Positions 27,209 through 37,786 are shown, counted from the stretch's first letter. The stretch is 64,000 bases of DNA from an uncultured Desulfobacter sp. (GCA_963665095.1 OY762069.1:544001-608000); one strand, 5' to 3'. The notes: generated from the sequence alone by a model not told the origin. A program made the numbers and translations.

Positions 27209-27748
27209 ATGGAGCACTCCCTGGTTTTCCGAAGCGGATTCCCTGCAGTAATGGGAGGATATGGTGATATCAAAAGTAAATGCGAAGCGTTTTTGGATAT
27301 GGCGAAGGGTGGTATTCATTCGTTTATATTGACGGATCTTGATACTGCCGAATGTGCTTGTTCACTAATACGAAGCTGGTTTTCAATCCCGAAAAATGAG
27401 GAAGTGATTCTTCCTCTCCAGTTTATTTTCAGAGTAGCTGTAAGAGAGATAGAGTCTTGGATAATTGCAGATCATGAAGCATGGGCTGCATTTATTGGAA
27501 TTCCTGCGTCCAATTTTTCGCAGCAGCCAGATCAACTGGATGATCCAAAGAGACACCTCTTGAATGTGATCAGGAAAAAAGGCCGGAAGAAGATACATCG
27601 CGAGATGTTACCCCAAGGGGCAGCTCAAATCGGTCCAAGATATAATGAAATCTTATGTGACTTTGTGGATAGATTATGGGAACCGGAACGTGCAGCGAAG
27701 AGGTCCCCACGTCTGGACCGCGCGCTTAAAGCTTTAATGAAGATCTGA
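27209..27748 (+). CDS. DUF4276-like (TOPRIM-fold) protein, probably N-terminally truncated
   Basis: LTDLD, RVAVREIESW, DPK and RSPRL motifs; directly follows the ATPase remnant; AT-rich. Confidence 0.6.
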   Translation: MEHSLVFRSGFPAVMGGYGDIKSKCEAFLDMAKGGIHSFILTDLDTAECACSLIRSWFSIPKNEEVILPLQFIFRVAVREIESWIIADHEAWAAFIGIPASNFSQQPDQLDDPKRHLLNVIRKKGRKKIHREMLPQGAAQIGPRYNEILCDFVDRLWEPERAAKRSPRLDRALKALMKI

Positions 27749-27793
27749 AAGATGAATTTGAAAAAGCTGGGTGGCTATTCAGATGGTTGCTGA

Positions 27794-29494
27794 ATGATAC
27801 AACATAAATCGGGAGGGGTCAGATTTAAAATTTTACAGGGCATCCTGCCCATCCGGCGGCAGCAGATTCCCGGAGAGATCATCGCCGGAATCACCCTGGC
27901 CGCACTGGCGTCCCGGAAGTCATGGGCTATACCAAAATAGCCGGCACGCCGGTGATTACCAGGCTTTACACCATGCTGCTGCCCTTAGGGCTGTTTGCCC
28001 TGTTCGGTTCCTCCCGCCATCTGGTGGTGGGGGCGGATTCCGCCACTGCGGCAATGCTGGCCGTGGGCCTGGCAGGTCTTGCCCCTTCGGGATCGTCAGA
28101 CTATGTTGCCCTGGCCGAAGTCCTGTGTCTGATGGTCTCAGGCTTTCTGTTCATGGCCGTATCTTTAAACTGGGGCTTCTGGCAAATTTTCTCTCCCGGA
28201 CAGTGCTGGTGGGGTTTTTGACCGGCATCGGCATCCAGATCTCCTTAGAACAGATCCCCGGAGTGCTTGGTTTCAGCTATTCGGGGCATGGCCCGGTTAT
28301 AAGACTTTTTGAAAACTGGCAGCCGTTCTCGCATGTTAACCCCTGGGCACTGACGGTGTCCGCCGGGGTGCTCATCATTATCATTGCCTCGAAACGACTG
28401 TCAAAGAAGATCCCCGGTCCGTTGATCACGGTGATCTGTGCCATTGCCGTCACCTGGGCATTTGACCTGGAATAAAAAGGAGCTGCCGTAATCGGCGCCA
28501 TTCCGGGGGGCCTGCCTGGAATCAGCCTGCCCGGGTAGCCTTTGACTGGGACGTTTTCCAGAAACTTCTGTCCATCTCCTTTGGCATGTCCATTGTCATT
28601 TTGGCGCAAAGTGCGGCTACATCCCGGGCCTACGCCGACCGCCACGACGAGTCGTTCGACCAGGATACCGATCTTATCGGCCTTGGCATGGCCAATCTCG
28701 GCGCAGCCCTGTCCGGTGCCTTTGTTGTCAACGGCAGCCCCGCCAAAACCCAGATGGTGGACAGTGCCGGAGGAAAAAGCCAGCTGGCCCAGGTCACCTC
28801 CGCCCTGGTGGTAGTGATGGTGCTGCTTTTTTTCACTGCACCCCTGTCTCACATGCCCGAGGCAGGCCTGTGTGCCGTGGTTTTTCTGATCGGCGTTGAG
28901 CTGGTGGATATCAGGGGTATGCGCCAGATCCTGGCCGAACGGCCCTGGGAGTTCTGGGTGGCGTTGGTCACCGCCCTGGTTGTTGTTTTCTGGGGTGTGG
29001 AGCAAAGCATCCTCATGGCCGTCCTTCTCTCTTTGATTGCCCATACCCGCCACGGCTACCGGCCCCGGAACGCTGTGGTGACCATGACCGAAACAGGGAC
29101 ATGGAGAGCACTTCCCGTCAGCCAGCCGGGACAGGTGGCGCCCGGCCTGATGATCTACCGTTTTAACCACAGTATGTACTATGCCAACAGTGCCCAGCTG
29201 TCACGGGAGGTTCAGGCCCTGGTCAGGGTGGCGGGTCCTGACCTGAAGTGGTTCTGCATCGACTGCATTGCCGATGACATTGATTTCTCCGCAGCCAGAA
29301 CCCTTTGCTTTCTCCACTCTTTCTTAAAGGCGCACAATATTCGTCTCGTTCTGTCGTTTGTATCGGATGACGTGAAAAAGGAGCTGGACCGTTCCGGGGT
29401 GTCCCTGCAGATGGATAAGGATGCATACGCACCATTCATCGGTGATGTTGTGGCAGCTTATGCCCTGTTGACAGACGGACAACAAGGGCAATGA
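27794..29494 (+). pseudogene. SulP-family anion permease with STAS domain, multiply disrupted
   Basis: IIAGITLAALA/PEVMGY, FGSSRHLVVG, FLSRTVLVGF, VVNGS and STAS lie in different frames; breaks near 27910, 28155, 28473 (TAA) and 28540. Confidence 0.85.
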
Positions 29495-29550
29495 TTCGGG
29501 TTGGTTGGTGGTGTATGACGTTCCGGCTTTTTTAACCCGGCCTGATCGGA

Positions 29551-30114
29551 TTATTTCCTTTTTGAAACGCTTCGCCAGCCGCCAAGGGGGGTGTGCACCG
29601 GTCGAAGGGTTTTGCTGATGGCCCTGGCCTGCTCAATGACATAGAAGATCTCCTTGTCCATTTTTGTCACCTCCGGCAGAATCCATTTCAGATCCCTTCG
29701 GCGGCAGGCAATGTACAGTTCACTGACCGGGCCCTTCATGCCTTCGCCCATAAAAACCGTTACAGCCTGGCCCTGTTCCCTGAGGTAGTCGGCAATCTGT
29801 TTGCCGGCATTCCGTGTTAAAAGCTTTAAGATAATCACCCCGAAGGCCAGTTTTTTTTCAACCAGAATTCCCACCACATTTCCCGTGGCATAGCCAAACG
29901 CATAAAAAATGACCAGAAGCGGTTTGTCATGGACCTGGTTGATGACGGTACTGGCCACAAGCACCCAGATGGTGATCTCAAAAAGGGCCAGAATAAAGGA
30001 GATAACAGTCCTGCCCTGGACCGTCATGATGGTTCGCATGGTTCCGATGGATACGTCGCATACTCTTGCGGCAAAGACAAACAGGCCGGTGATGAGAATG
30101 TTTTGTTCTAACAT
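29551..30114 (-). CDS. DUF2179/DUF5698-type membrane protein
   Basis: ARVCDVSIGTMR, YAFGYATGNVVG, C-terminal GEG domain. Confidence 0.8.
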   Translation of the reverse strand: MLEQNILITGLFVFAARVCDVSIGTMRTIMTVQGRTVISFILALFEITIWVLVASTVINQVHDKPLLVIFYAFGYATGNVVGILVEKKLAFGVIILKLLTRNAGKQIADYLREQGQAVTVFMGEGMKGPVSELYIACRRRDLKWILPEVTKMDKEIFYVIEQARAISKTLRPVHTPLGGWRSVSKRK

Positions 30115-30181
30115 AAGCTGGAGTTCCTTTTATTACTGCTAAGGCTGGATAATACAAGTCCTAGTTATTTTAACATGGGGT

Positions 30182-30697
30182 TTATTTTTTTTTACGGTTT
30201 TTTATTGTTTGAATTTTCTTTTTTGTTTTTTCTTTCTGGCGCTGCAATTTGAGTTTTATTGTTCCCTGGTATCGTTCAACCGCCGAAAAACTGATCAGAT
30301 AGCCTGCCCATGCTATGGGCAGACCGATGATAACACCCCCGATCGTCAGGGCCAGTATGATTCCAGGCGCTTTTTCCAGCATATTTAAAAGATTGCCGAT
30401 ATCAAAGACATTATGCCAGGCAAATGGTTTTTCCAACCCGATGACCCTGGCACCGATCAGATAGGTAAAGCTGTATATAAAGGGAGCTGTAATGGGATTG
30501 GTCACCTGTACCCCGACAGCGGCCGCGATTTTGTTCCATTTCAGAAGTGCGGCAATGAAGATCCCCAGAGCCATCTGAAAACCCATGGTGGGGGAGAAGC
30601 CGATGAACAGTCCCAGGCCGAATCCAAGTGCAATTTCCCGGGGGGTCCCCCTGATTCGGATGAAGCGACTGTATAATTTGTTGAAAAACTGTTTCAT
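30182..30697 (-). CDS. DUF2062-type membrane protein
   Basis: TPREIALGFGLGLFIG, VTNPITAP. Confidence 0.8.
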   Translation of the reverse strand: MKQFFNKLYSRFIRIRGTPREIALGFGLGLFIGFSPTMGFQMALGIFIAALLKWNKIAAAVGVQVTNPITAPFIYSFTYLIGARVIGLEKPFAWHNVFDIGNLLNMLEKAPGIILALTIGGVIIGLPIAWAGYLISFSAVERYQGTIKLKLQRQKEKTKKKIQTIKNRKKK

Positions 30698-30851
30698 TCT
30701 TATATCATTTAGTTTTGTTTTTTACGTGGTCAGGAGGCTTTCAATTTTCGGGCGACGGTCAGAGACGCCCTTCACTTTGTTTGGGTACTTCTGACAAAAA
30801 ACATATCACGCCTGCCTGCTGTTTTTCCAGGATTCCCCTCTTGATCGGGTT

Positions 30852-31832
30852 TTATGTCCCGCCCGCAGATCTGCGTATCAGATAAAGGGTGTAGACGGTA
30901 TAGGATAGAAGCAGTGCAAGACCTTCCCAGCGGTTAATCCGGCCTGGCCTGCCTTGAAATCCGTAGCACAGGATAAAAAGGGAAATCGTCAAAAGCCCCA
31001 TGACCGGCAGGTCCCGGTACAGGATGCCGGGCGGCACGGCAAGGGGGTGAATGACCCCGGCTACTCCCACCACGGCCAGGGTGTTGAACAGGTTGGAGCC
31101 CAGCACATTGCCCACGGCAATGTCATGCTCGCCTCTGCGGGCCGCAATAACTGAAGATACAAGTTCGGGCAGAGAGGTGCCAACAGCCACAACGGTCAGG
31201 CCGATGACAAGATCGCTGATGCCTAGAAACCGGCTGATACCCACGGCGCCCCAGACGGTTGTCCGGGAACCTGCAATGAGCAGCACAAGGCCTGCGACAA
31301 GTCGGAACATGGCAGGGGCAAAGGCTTTTGTCTCCCGGGGGATTGCCTGCTCAGCCTCTTTTGCCAGGGAATCCTCCCCTTCCTTAAACCCTTTCCGGAT
31401 CGACCATGACATCAGCACCAGAAAAAGTGCCAGCAGGACCAGGGCATCCATAAAGGAGACCTCTTTGTCAAAAGCCTGGACAGTGGCCAGAGCCGTAACA
31501 AGGGCGAGGAGGGGAAGCTCGCTTCTTAGAACCCTTGAGTGGACCGCAACCGGGCTGATCAATGCCGTGACGCCCAGAATCAGTCCGATATTGGCTATAT
31601 TTGAGCCATAAGCGTTTCCCAGGGCAATCCCCGGGCTGTTCTGTGACGCGGATATACCGGATACAAGTATCTCCGGCATTGAGGTGCCGAAACCCACAAC
31701 AATCATGCCGATCAAAAGGGGAGGCATGCCCACATGTTTTGCCACGGCCGCCGATCCTTCAATAAACCAGCCGGCGCTCCAGACCATCAGCAAAAGCCCT
31801 GCGGCCATAACGGAAGCAAAAAGAATCATCAC
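30852..31832 (-). CDS. Calcium/sodium antiporter (YrbG/CaCA family)
   Basis: Alpha-repeats GTSMPE/GNAYGSN and GTSLPE/GNVLGSN. Confidence 0.92.
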   Translation of the reverse strand: MMILFASVMAAGLLLMVWSAGWFIEGSAAVAKHVGMPPLLIGMIVVGFGTSMPEILVSGISASQNSPGIALGNAYGSNIANIGLILGVTALISPVAVHSRVLRSELPLLALVTALATVQAFDKEVSFMDALVLLALFLVLMSWSIRKGFKEGEDSLAKEAEQAIPRETKAFAPAMFRLVAGLVLLIAGSRTTVWGAVGISRFLGISDLVIGLTVVAVGTSLPELVSSVIAARRGEHDIAVGNVLGSNLFNTLAVVGVAGVIHPLAVPPGILYRDLPVMGLLTISLFILCYGFQGRPGRINRWEGLALLLSYTVYTLYLIRRSAGGT

Positions 31833-32094
31833 CGCTCCTTAATGACAAAAACAAGTTGTAAACTTTAATAAAGGGTGTTGAAACCATCCAAATTTTCATA
31901 AAGTTTATGGGTTGCCTATATTTTCGATGGCATTTTTCCAGCAGTCCTATTGCCTAAAATGGTCGTATTATGATCTGATTTTTGTTTTTAACCGTTTCAA
32001 ACAACGTTGAATCTGGTTCATTCTGTAATTCAGATTCACATAGACACATTCCTATCAATAGGCGTGAAAAAAATTCAACCTATCATTTTAAATT

Positions 32095-33594
32095 TTATCC
32101 GGTGGCCGCGAATAACTCCTTTTGTCCATCATCTTTTTTCTTCGGGTTATGCCTGGTTCCAGCCATTTCAATCAACAATGTGACGATCGTTGTAAATGCA
32201 GATCGAACAACGACCCCATGCTGGCTTCTCACCCTTGTTTGTTCAAGTCCTTCTCTTTTCTTCATCAAATTGAAAGGACGTTCACAGTTCTTCCGAATGT
32301 CGATTGCTTTTTTGGAATGATAATGAAAAGTTGGCATTGGCTGAAAATGGCCGTTGTCAAAACCAATAATTCTTGATTTGGGACAAGTTGATTCAAATAT
32401 GCATTCACCAGGATTGGCAGCACACCCGAACTCATGGCCTTCCGGTGTGGCACCTATAAATTCCATTGGAATTTCGCAAGAGTCATCACAGGTGACTCTC
32501 AACGGAGAGTCCAAAACATTATCAGGAAGTTTTGCTTTTTCAGATGCCGGGGCCACAACATAAACACCGGTTTCCTTCAGGACAGAACCGTTACTGTCGT
32601 GATAAGCCTGGTCGGCGGTTATTAATTTCATATCAATACCCAGTGCCTGTGCAAGCTTAATCAATGGTTTTAAAAACAGGCTGTCGTGATGATTTGCTGC
32701 GCCCACAACAGAGACCAAAGGAAAACTATGGCCCGTTTCGGGGTTTATTGCAGTTAAAGTGTGGAGTCTGTATCCGATAACATAAAATGACTTATCCCTT
32801 TTGTTTCTGCGTTTTCCACAGTCAGAATCCAGATCGGAATAAATGCGTATTTTCTTTCCCTTAACTTTGATTGTGCAAAGAGGATAATTGATTTCGGACG
32901 GCAACTCGGATGAATCAACACCATGAATAACAGTATTCTCCAGACAGCCTGATTTATAAAAATAATGGAGGAAATACACCAGGACATTCATCAACTGAAC
33001 AAATCGCAGCCCATTCCGGAAATGACACAGTTCGGTATGATCAACCTGGTTTTTGGTGTTTAGAGCTAATCCTACAAAACGCCTGTTTTGTTTTCGTTCT
33101 CTGCCGAAATATTCATCACTGCAAAATTTTCTGTAGCTGATTTCAGGGTATTTGATGATTTTCAAAAGCTCCATCCGAAATAGCTGATAGGGTTGGATAT
33201 CTCTGTGTGGAGCAGAATACCCTTCTGGGGCAATCAGGCTGTTGATAATTTGGTTATCTAAAAGCTGGTCAACAAACTGCAGTTCTTCATCCACAATTTC
33301 AGGATATGGTTTTCTTAGCCGGTCGAAATCAAACAGGTTATCAGAATGGAAGTTATCAATATACATAGCCATTTCCTGAAGATTGCGAATTCCCCCAGAC
33401 GGGCTTTGATCTTCAATGCCCGTAAGCTTTTCGATGGGAAGACCCAATTCTTGGGAGTAATCATAATTATCCACAACCTCAATCATGATTTCTCTGGTCA
33501 GTTCTTTCTTGGACTTCCTGGTCATATTTTTCCAGTTCGGAAAATCTTTTTTCAATTGATTTGTAATGATTCGCCTGATATTTTTCTCGTGCAT
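32095..33594 (-). CDS. DDE transposase with Cys-rich insertion domain
   Basis: VDSS, GYRLH, ANHHDS, TADQAY, RKNCERPF; start trimmed to MHEKNI. Confidence 0.85.
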   Translation of the reverse strand: MHEKNIRRIITNQLKKDFPNWKNMTRKSKKELTREIMIEVVDNYDYSQELGLPIEKLTGIEDQSPSGGIRNLQEMAMYIDNFHSDNLFDFDRLRKPYPEIVDEELQFVDQLLDNQIINSLIAPEGYSAPHRDIQPYQLFRMELLKIIKYPEISYRKFCSDEYFGRERKQNRRFVGLALNTKNQVDHTELCHFRNGLRFVQLMNVLVYFLHYFYKSGCLENTVIHGVDSSELPSEINYPLCTIKVKGKKIRIYSDLDSDCGKRRNKRDKSFYVIGYRLHTLTAINPETGHSFPLVSVVGAANHHDSLFLKPLIKLAQALGIDMKLITADQAYHDSNGSVLKETGVYVVAPASEKAKLPDNVLDSPLRVTCDDSCEIPMEFIGATPEGHEFGCAANPGECIFESTCPKSRIIGFDNGHFQPMPTFHYHSKKAIDIRKNCERPFNLMKKREGLEQTRVRSQHGVVVRSAFTTIVTLLIEMAGTRHNPKKKDDGQKELFAATG

Positions 33595-33719
33595 AATGCC
33601 TCTGTTTTTGTGTTTTGTTTTCTGAATTAAGCAGCTTAAAATAATACACTTAAACAGAGGTTTATTCAATCTTTAACTGATTGAATTTTAAATAAATTTT
33701 GCTAATTAATTGTCCTTAG

Positions 33720-34346
33720 GTAAACCCCCGGCTCTGCCGGGGGACTCACCAAAGTTTGACATTTGCGGGGAAAAATGAAAGCCCATCCAAAAGTGAACCG
33801 CTCAAATTCACAAAGGAAAGGCTTTCATGAACAACGAATTAAGTTTATCCCACAGCCGTTGGGAATGCAAATACCATGTTGTGTGGATACCGAAGTACCG
33901 CAGAAAGACACTGTACGGCCAACTTAGGAAATACCTTGGGCAAGTTTTCAAGGATTTAGCAAGATGTAAGGAAAGCGAGGTTTTAGAGGGGCATATGATG
34001 CCCGACCATGTCCATATGCTGATCTCGATCCCTCCAAAGTACTCGGTGGCACAAGTTGTCGGATTTATCAAAGGTAAAAGTGCCATCCACATCGCTCGGA
34101 ATTATCTGGGCCATAGAAAAAATTATACAGGTCAGCAGTTTTGGGCCAGAGGTTATCACGTTTCAACTGTTGGGAGAGATGAAGATGTCGTTAGAGAATA
34201 CATCAGAACCCAGGAGAAAGAGGATCAGCGCTTAGAACAACTGACTTTATTCAGGTAATGTATTGCCACCTTTGAGGTGGCCATTAAATAACCGCTTTGA
34301 GCGGTTCACAAAATCAAGCCTCCGGCTTTGCCGGAGGTATATGACT
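33720..34346 (+). mobile_element. IS200/IS605-family element, tnpA only
   Basis: Subterminal hairpins CCCCCGGC-TCT-GCCGGGGG and CCTCCGGC-TTT-GCCGGAGG flank tnpA; exact ends approximate. Confidence 0.88.
33827..34258 (+). CDS. tnpA: IS200 HUH (Y1) transposase
   Basis: YHVVWIPKYRR, DHVHML, FIKGKSA, FWARGY, EYIRTQ. Confidence 0.96.
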   Translation: MNNELSLSHSRWECKYHVVWIPKYRRKTLYGQLRKYLGQVFKDLARCKESEVLEGHMMPDHVHMLISIPPKYSVAQVVGFIKGKSAIHIARNYLGHRKNYTGQQFWARGYHVSTVGRDEDVVREYIRTQEKEDQRLEQLTLFR

Positions 34347-34708
34347 TCTCGCTATCGATTTCAACACCCTTTAATAGACATTGGAAGCGTCTTTGAGAAG
34401 TTTCGATCTTAGATTCTCCCTGCTTGCTGTGATTTTCTTCACTATAAATACAGATGAAAAAATCAGACGTTGCATGTCCGGAAAATCAAAGGGCCTTATG
34501 CCATATTCGGACATCAGGCGTCCCTTTTTGAAATAGGGATTAGTTTTTGTCCTCCTTAAGCCGGGTCGGATACGCCTTCTTTCAGGCATTGACCGAATGC
34601 CGGTTTCGCCTTTTATGTGTTGGCATTTTTATTGCTGATTTCTGCTTAAAACCATTTGGTTTAAAATTATTTGGGCAATGGATACCTAAATAAGGCAAGG
34701 GAGGCCTG

Positions 34709-35110
34709 ATGAACCTAGAAATTAGAAACCATGACCATGAGACACCAATGATGACACCCCTGAATTTGGCCTGTTTTGAAAAATTGTTGAATGATGCACT
34801 TGATGACCTGCAGCGCCAGGCCGGCTCTGCTGTATCGGAAATGACCCAGGAGCAGGCCAGGGAATCAGACCTCATTGATTCAACTATGGTTGAAATGAAC
34901 CAAAGCCTGAATTTCAGGCTTCATACCCGGAAAAGCTACTTGATTAAAAAAATCAGGGATGCCCTCAAGCGGATTGAAGACGGAAGCTATGGATATTGTG
35001 AGACCTGTGGGGAACCCATTGCCCTCAAACGGCTTTACGCAAGACCTGTGACATCCAAGTGTGTGGAATGCAAGGAAGCTGAAGAACGGATGGAAGCCCT
35101 GGTGTCTTAA
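34709..35110 (+). CDS. DksA/TraR C4 zinc-finger protein
   Basis: ALKRIEDGSYGYCETCGEPI...RLYARP...CVECK; coiled-coil tip DLIDST. Confidence 0.88.
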   Translation: MNLEIRNHDHETPMMTPLNLACFEKLLNDALDDLQRQAGSAVSEMTQEQARESDLIDSTMVEMNQSLNFRLHTRKSYLIKKIRDALKRIEDGSYGYCETCGEPIALKRLYARPVTSKCVECKEAEERMEALVS

Positions 35111-35266
35111 ATAAACCTGGAGCGGCACGCTAAAATATTTTTTCGGGGGGAAGGGCCGGCATATTTCGTGACACTGCCCGTCATCTATAGGCGGGATTCT
35201 TTCGGGCCCTTCCCCCTTTCTTATTTCTTTATAAGGGATTATCCCGCAGTATCGGATCTAAGAGAC

Positions 35267-35312
35267 AAGCCCTGCCTCTTTACCTCACACGGTAAAGAGG
35301 CAGGGCTTTTTT
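35267..35312. terminator. Strong terminator between convergent dksA-like and SLC13 genes
   Basis: 18-bp perfect stem AAGCCCTGCCTCTTTACC/GGTAAAGAGGCAGGGCTT plus T-run. Confidence 0.85.
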
Positions 35313-35360
35313 GCGCCCTTATCCGGACAGGTGTCCAGGCTTAGGGCCTTTCTTCAGTCA

Positions 35361-36854
35361 CTACTTGCTTTGGGAAAGTTCATATCCCGTCACTGTCAGT
35401 TTTGCAGGGGTTTTCATGTTGTCAATGTTGCCCGGCATCTTAACCAGGGGATACCACAGGGACATGCACAGGCAAAGGACAAGGATGCCCAGGATCGACC
35501 GGAACACCAGGATTTTGAACGCCTCCCACTGGGAAAAGTACCCGAAGCCATAGGCAATCAGGGTGGGAGGGCAGCCGATGACCAGCAGGACAAAGGTTGT
35601 GGCTAAAGGTACGGCCATGGCAATGGGCGCCGCGGGCGTTCCAGCCATGTCTGCCATGGGCACCACCACAGGCACCAGCAATGCCGTGGCTGCAGCATTG
35701 GCCATGAAGCTTGTGATCACTGCACTCAATGCAGAGGCGCCTGCTGCCACAACCGGCCAGGGCGAGTTGGTGAATATCGGGAAAATCTGGGTTGCAATCC
35801 AGTTGCCGGCTCCTGTGTCAAGCATGGCCACGCCCAGGGAGAAACCCGCGCCGAAAACCATGATGGGGTTCCAGGGGTACTCATCCAGGCAACGCTTCCA
35901 GTCCACCACGTTAAAGACCATGCACACCACGATAAACAGGCCGCCAATGGCTGAGACGTGAATTTTGGTAATGTCCGTCAAAAACCAGAGCACAAAGGTA
36001 CCGGCAAGAATCCAGGCCAGCTGCTTCTCTTTTTTTTCCATGGGCGGCATTTTTTCAATTGCCAGTTCCATGGGAAGCTCCTTGATTTTTGGCGGATAGA
36101 TGATCCACACCGCAAGCCAGGTGGCAAGTCCCAGGGCCAGGGAGGGGACGAACTGGTACAACATGTACTCCATGAAACCGATGTTGTAGCCGGTAATCTT
36201 GTACAGCAGTTCGGCGGAAGCAGGGGAGCGGCCGGAACCCAGGAAGGTGGCACCACCGCCGCAGGCGGCACCCAGGGGGATCATAAACATGAAATGCTTG
36301 GTAAAGCTGTTGCTCTTGTCAGGTGTCAGCCCCATTTTCAGGAACATGGGCATCATGGCATAGAGCAGGATAATGGTGATGGTGGCATCGTGGGTCCACG
36401 CCGCAAGAAAGGTGGCGCCCATGCACAGCGTAAAGCTTAAGCGCTTGACATTTCTGCCGCCGACTTTGAGAATATAGGCCATCAACCGGTTGGGTATGGT
36501 GGTCTGCCCGAGCATGACCCCGAGCATGATGATGAAAAAGACAAAAACCACTGTTCTGTTGGCATAGGGTTCCCAGGCAGCCTTGGCGGATTGAATCTTA
36601 AAAATAATCAACCCGCAGCCCACCCCGATGGAGGTGACGCCGATGGGAATGGCCTCGGATGTCCACAGCAGCACAACTGTGGCCAAAAGCGATAGAAATG
36701 CATGTCCCCGCACGCCTAAAGCCTCGGGGGTGGGAAGCAGCCAGATCAAAAATCCTGCGGCAATGGAAATGGCGATCCATTTAAGGGTAGACTTCCGGCC
36801 TTTTTCCTGTCCGCTTTCAGTTTGGGTCGCAGCAATATTCAGTTCGTGACTCAT
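35361..36854 (-). CDS. SLC13/DASS-family anion:sodium symporter
   Basis: LWTSEAIP, FMANAAATAL, LVIGCPP, many TMs; GGAG RBS before MSHELN. Confidence 0.85.
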   Translation of the reverse strand: MSHELNIAATQTESGQEKGRKSTLKWIAISIAAGFLIWLLPTPEALGVRGHAFLSLLATVVLLWTSEAIPIGVTSIGVGCGLIIFKIQSAKAAWEPYANRTVVFVFFIIMLGVMLGQTTIPNRLMAYILKVGGRNVKRLSFTLCMGATFLAAWTHDATITIILLYAMMPMFLKMGLTPDKSNSFTKHFMFMIPLGAACGGGATFLGSGRSPASAELLYKITGYNIGFMEYMLYQFVPSLALGLATWLAVWIIYPPKIKELPMELAIEKMPPMEKKEKQLAWILAGTFVLWFLTDITKIHVSAIGGLFIVVCMVFNVVDWKRCLDEYPWNPIMVFGAGFSLGVAMLDTGAGNWIATQIFPIFTNSPWPVVAAGASALSAVITSFMANAAATALLVPVVVPMADMAGTPAAPIAMAVPLATTFVLLVIGCPPTLIAYGFGYFSQWEAFKILVFRSILGILVLCLCMSLWYPLVKMPGNIDNMKTPAKLTVTGYELSQSK

Positions 36855-36871
36855 GTGATCCTCCAATCCGC

Positions 36872-37786
36872 TCATCTGGTGACGATGTTTACGATTTCAA
36901 AGAAAAGGTCCTGCTCCCTGAGAATCCCCACAACTTTTTTGCCTGATGTGACAATCAGGCGGGTCCTCTGGGTTTTGAACAGCAGGTCCGCCACCTCCAT
37001 GAGATTGGCGTTTTCATCGATCATGGGCGGGGAGTCCAGGGTAAGCTCGCCGATTTTCTTTTCGGCCAGGGCCTTCATCTGGATGGTGAAAAGTCCGTCC
37101 CACCCGTCGGTGAATACGTGGGAGAATCGCACGCTGTCCGCCTTGGAGGATTCCAGGACAGACAGATACCCAGGTCTTACTTCCCGGATCAGGTCTTTTA
37201 CCCGGAGCAATCCGGCATAGTTGCCGTCTTGGTCAAACACGATCAAAGAGCGGTGGCCCGCTTCCCGGATCATGTTCCCGGATACCTGCCGGTTCAAGGA
37301 TGCCATGAGTTTGTCCACCGCCTCCCTGATGGTGGTCTCCACGGTGACCGTGGTGTAGTTATCCACGGACGTCATGATATCCTTTACCTTTTTTTCCGTT
37401 TTGGCCGCATGGGTGTGGGCCACGGCATAGGCCTCATTGATTTTTGCTGCAAGGATGTCGATGTCACAGGGCTTGGTCAGATAATCAAAGGCGGCGAGCT
37501 TGCGGGAGTTTGCGGCAGAATCCTGCGTCCCGAACCCTGTGAGCATGATCACCTGGGTTTCAGGGGCAATTTTTTTAATTCTTGAAAGGGCTTCATGCCC
37601 GTCCATGCCCGTCATCTGTACATCGAGCACCACCACGTCAAAGGGGGTTTCCCCAAGGATTTGGAGGGCCTGTTCACCAGACCCGGCTATGGTGGTGTCA
37701 AATCCTTTTTTTGTTAAGAGCATTGATGCGGTTTTACGAAATCTTTCCTCGTCATCAACCATCATCACTTTTATTTTTTGTGTCAT
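36872..37786 (-). CDS. Response regulator with C-terminal CBS pair
   Basis: REC (MVDDEE, LDVQM, DYLTKP) plus CBS (VKDIMT, VVGILREQD). Confidence 0.9.
   Translation of the reverse strand: MTQKIKVMMVDDEERFRKTASMLLTKKGFDTTIAGSGEQALQILGETPFDVVVLDVQMTGMDGHEALSRIKKIAPETQVIMLTGFGTQDSAANSRKLAAFDYLTKPCDIDILAAKINEAYAVAHTHAAKTEKKVKDIMTSVDNYTTVTVETTIREAVDKLMASLNRQVSGNMIREAGHRSLIVFDQDGNYAGLLRVKDLIREVRPGYLSVLESSKADSVRFSHVFTDGWDGLFTIQMKALAEKKIGELTLDSPPMIDENANLMEVADLLFKTQRTRLIVTSGKKVVGILREQDLFFEIVNIVTR

Larger units (their letters stand above)
31870..34372 (-). mobile_element. DDE insertion sequence (IS4/IS5/IS1182-like) containing a nested IS200
   Basis: Perfect inverted repeat AAAGGGTGTTGAAA (31870-31883) / TTTCAACACCCTTT (34359-34372); direct repeat TTTAATA at 31864 and 34370; AT-rich. 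Confidence 0.8.
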
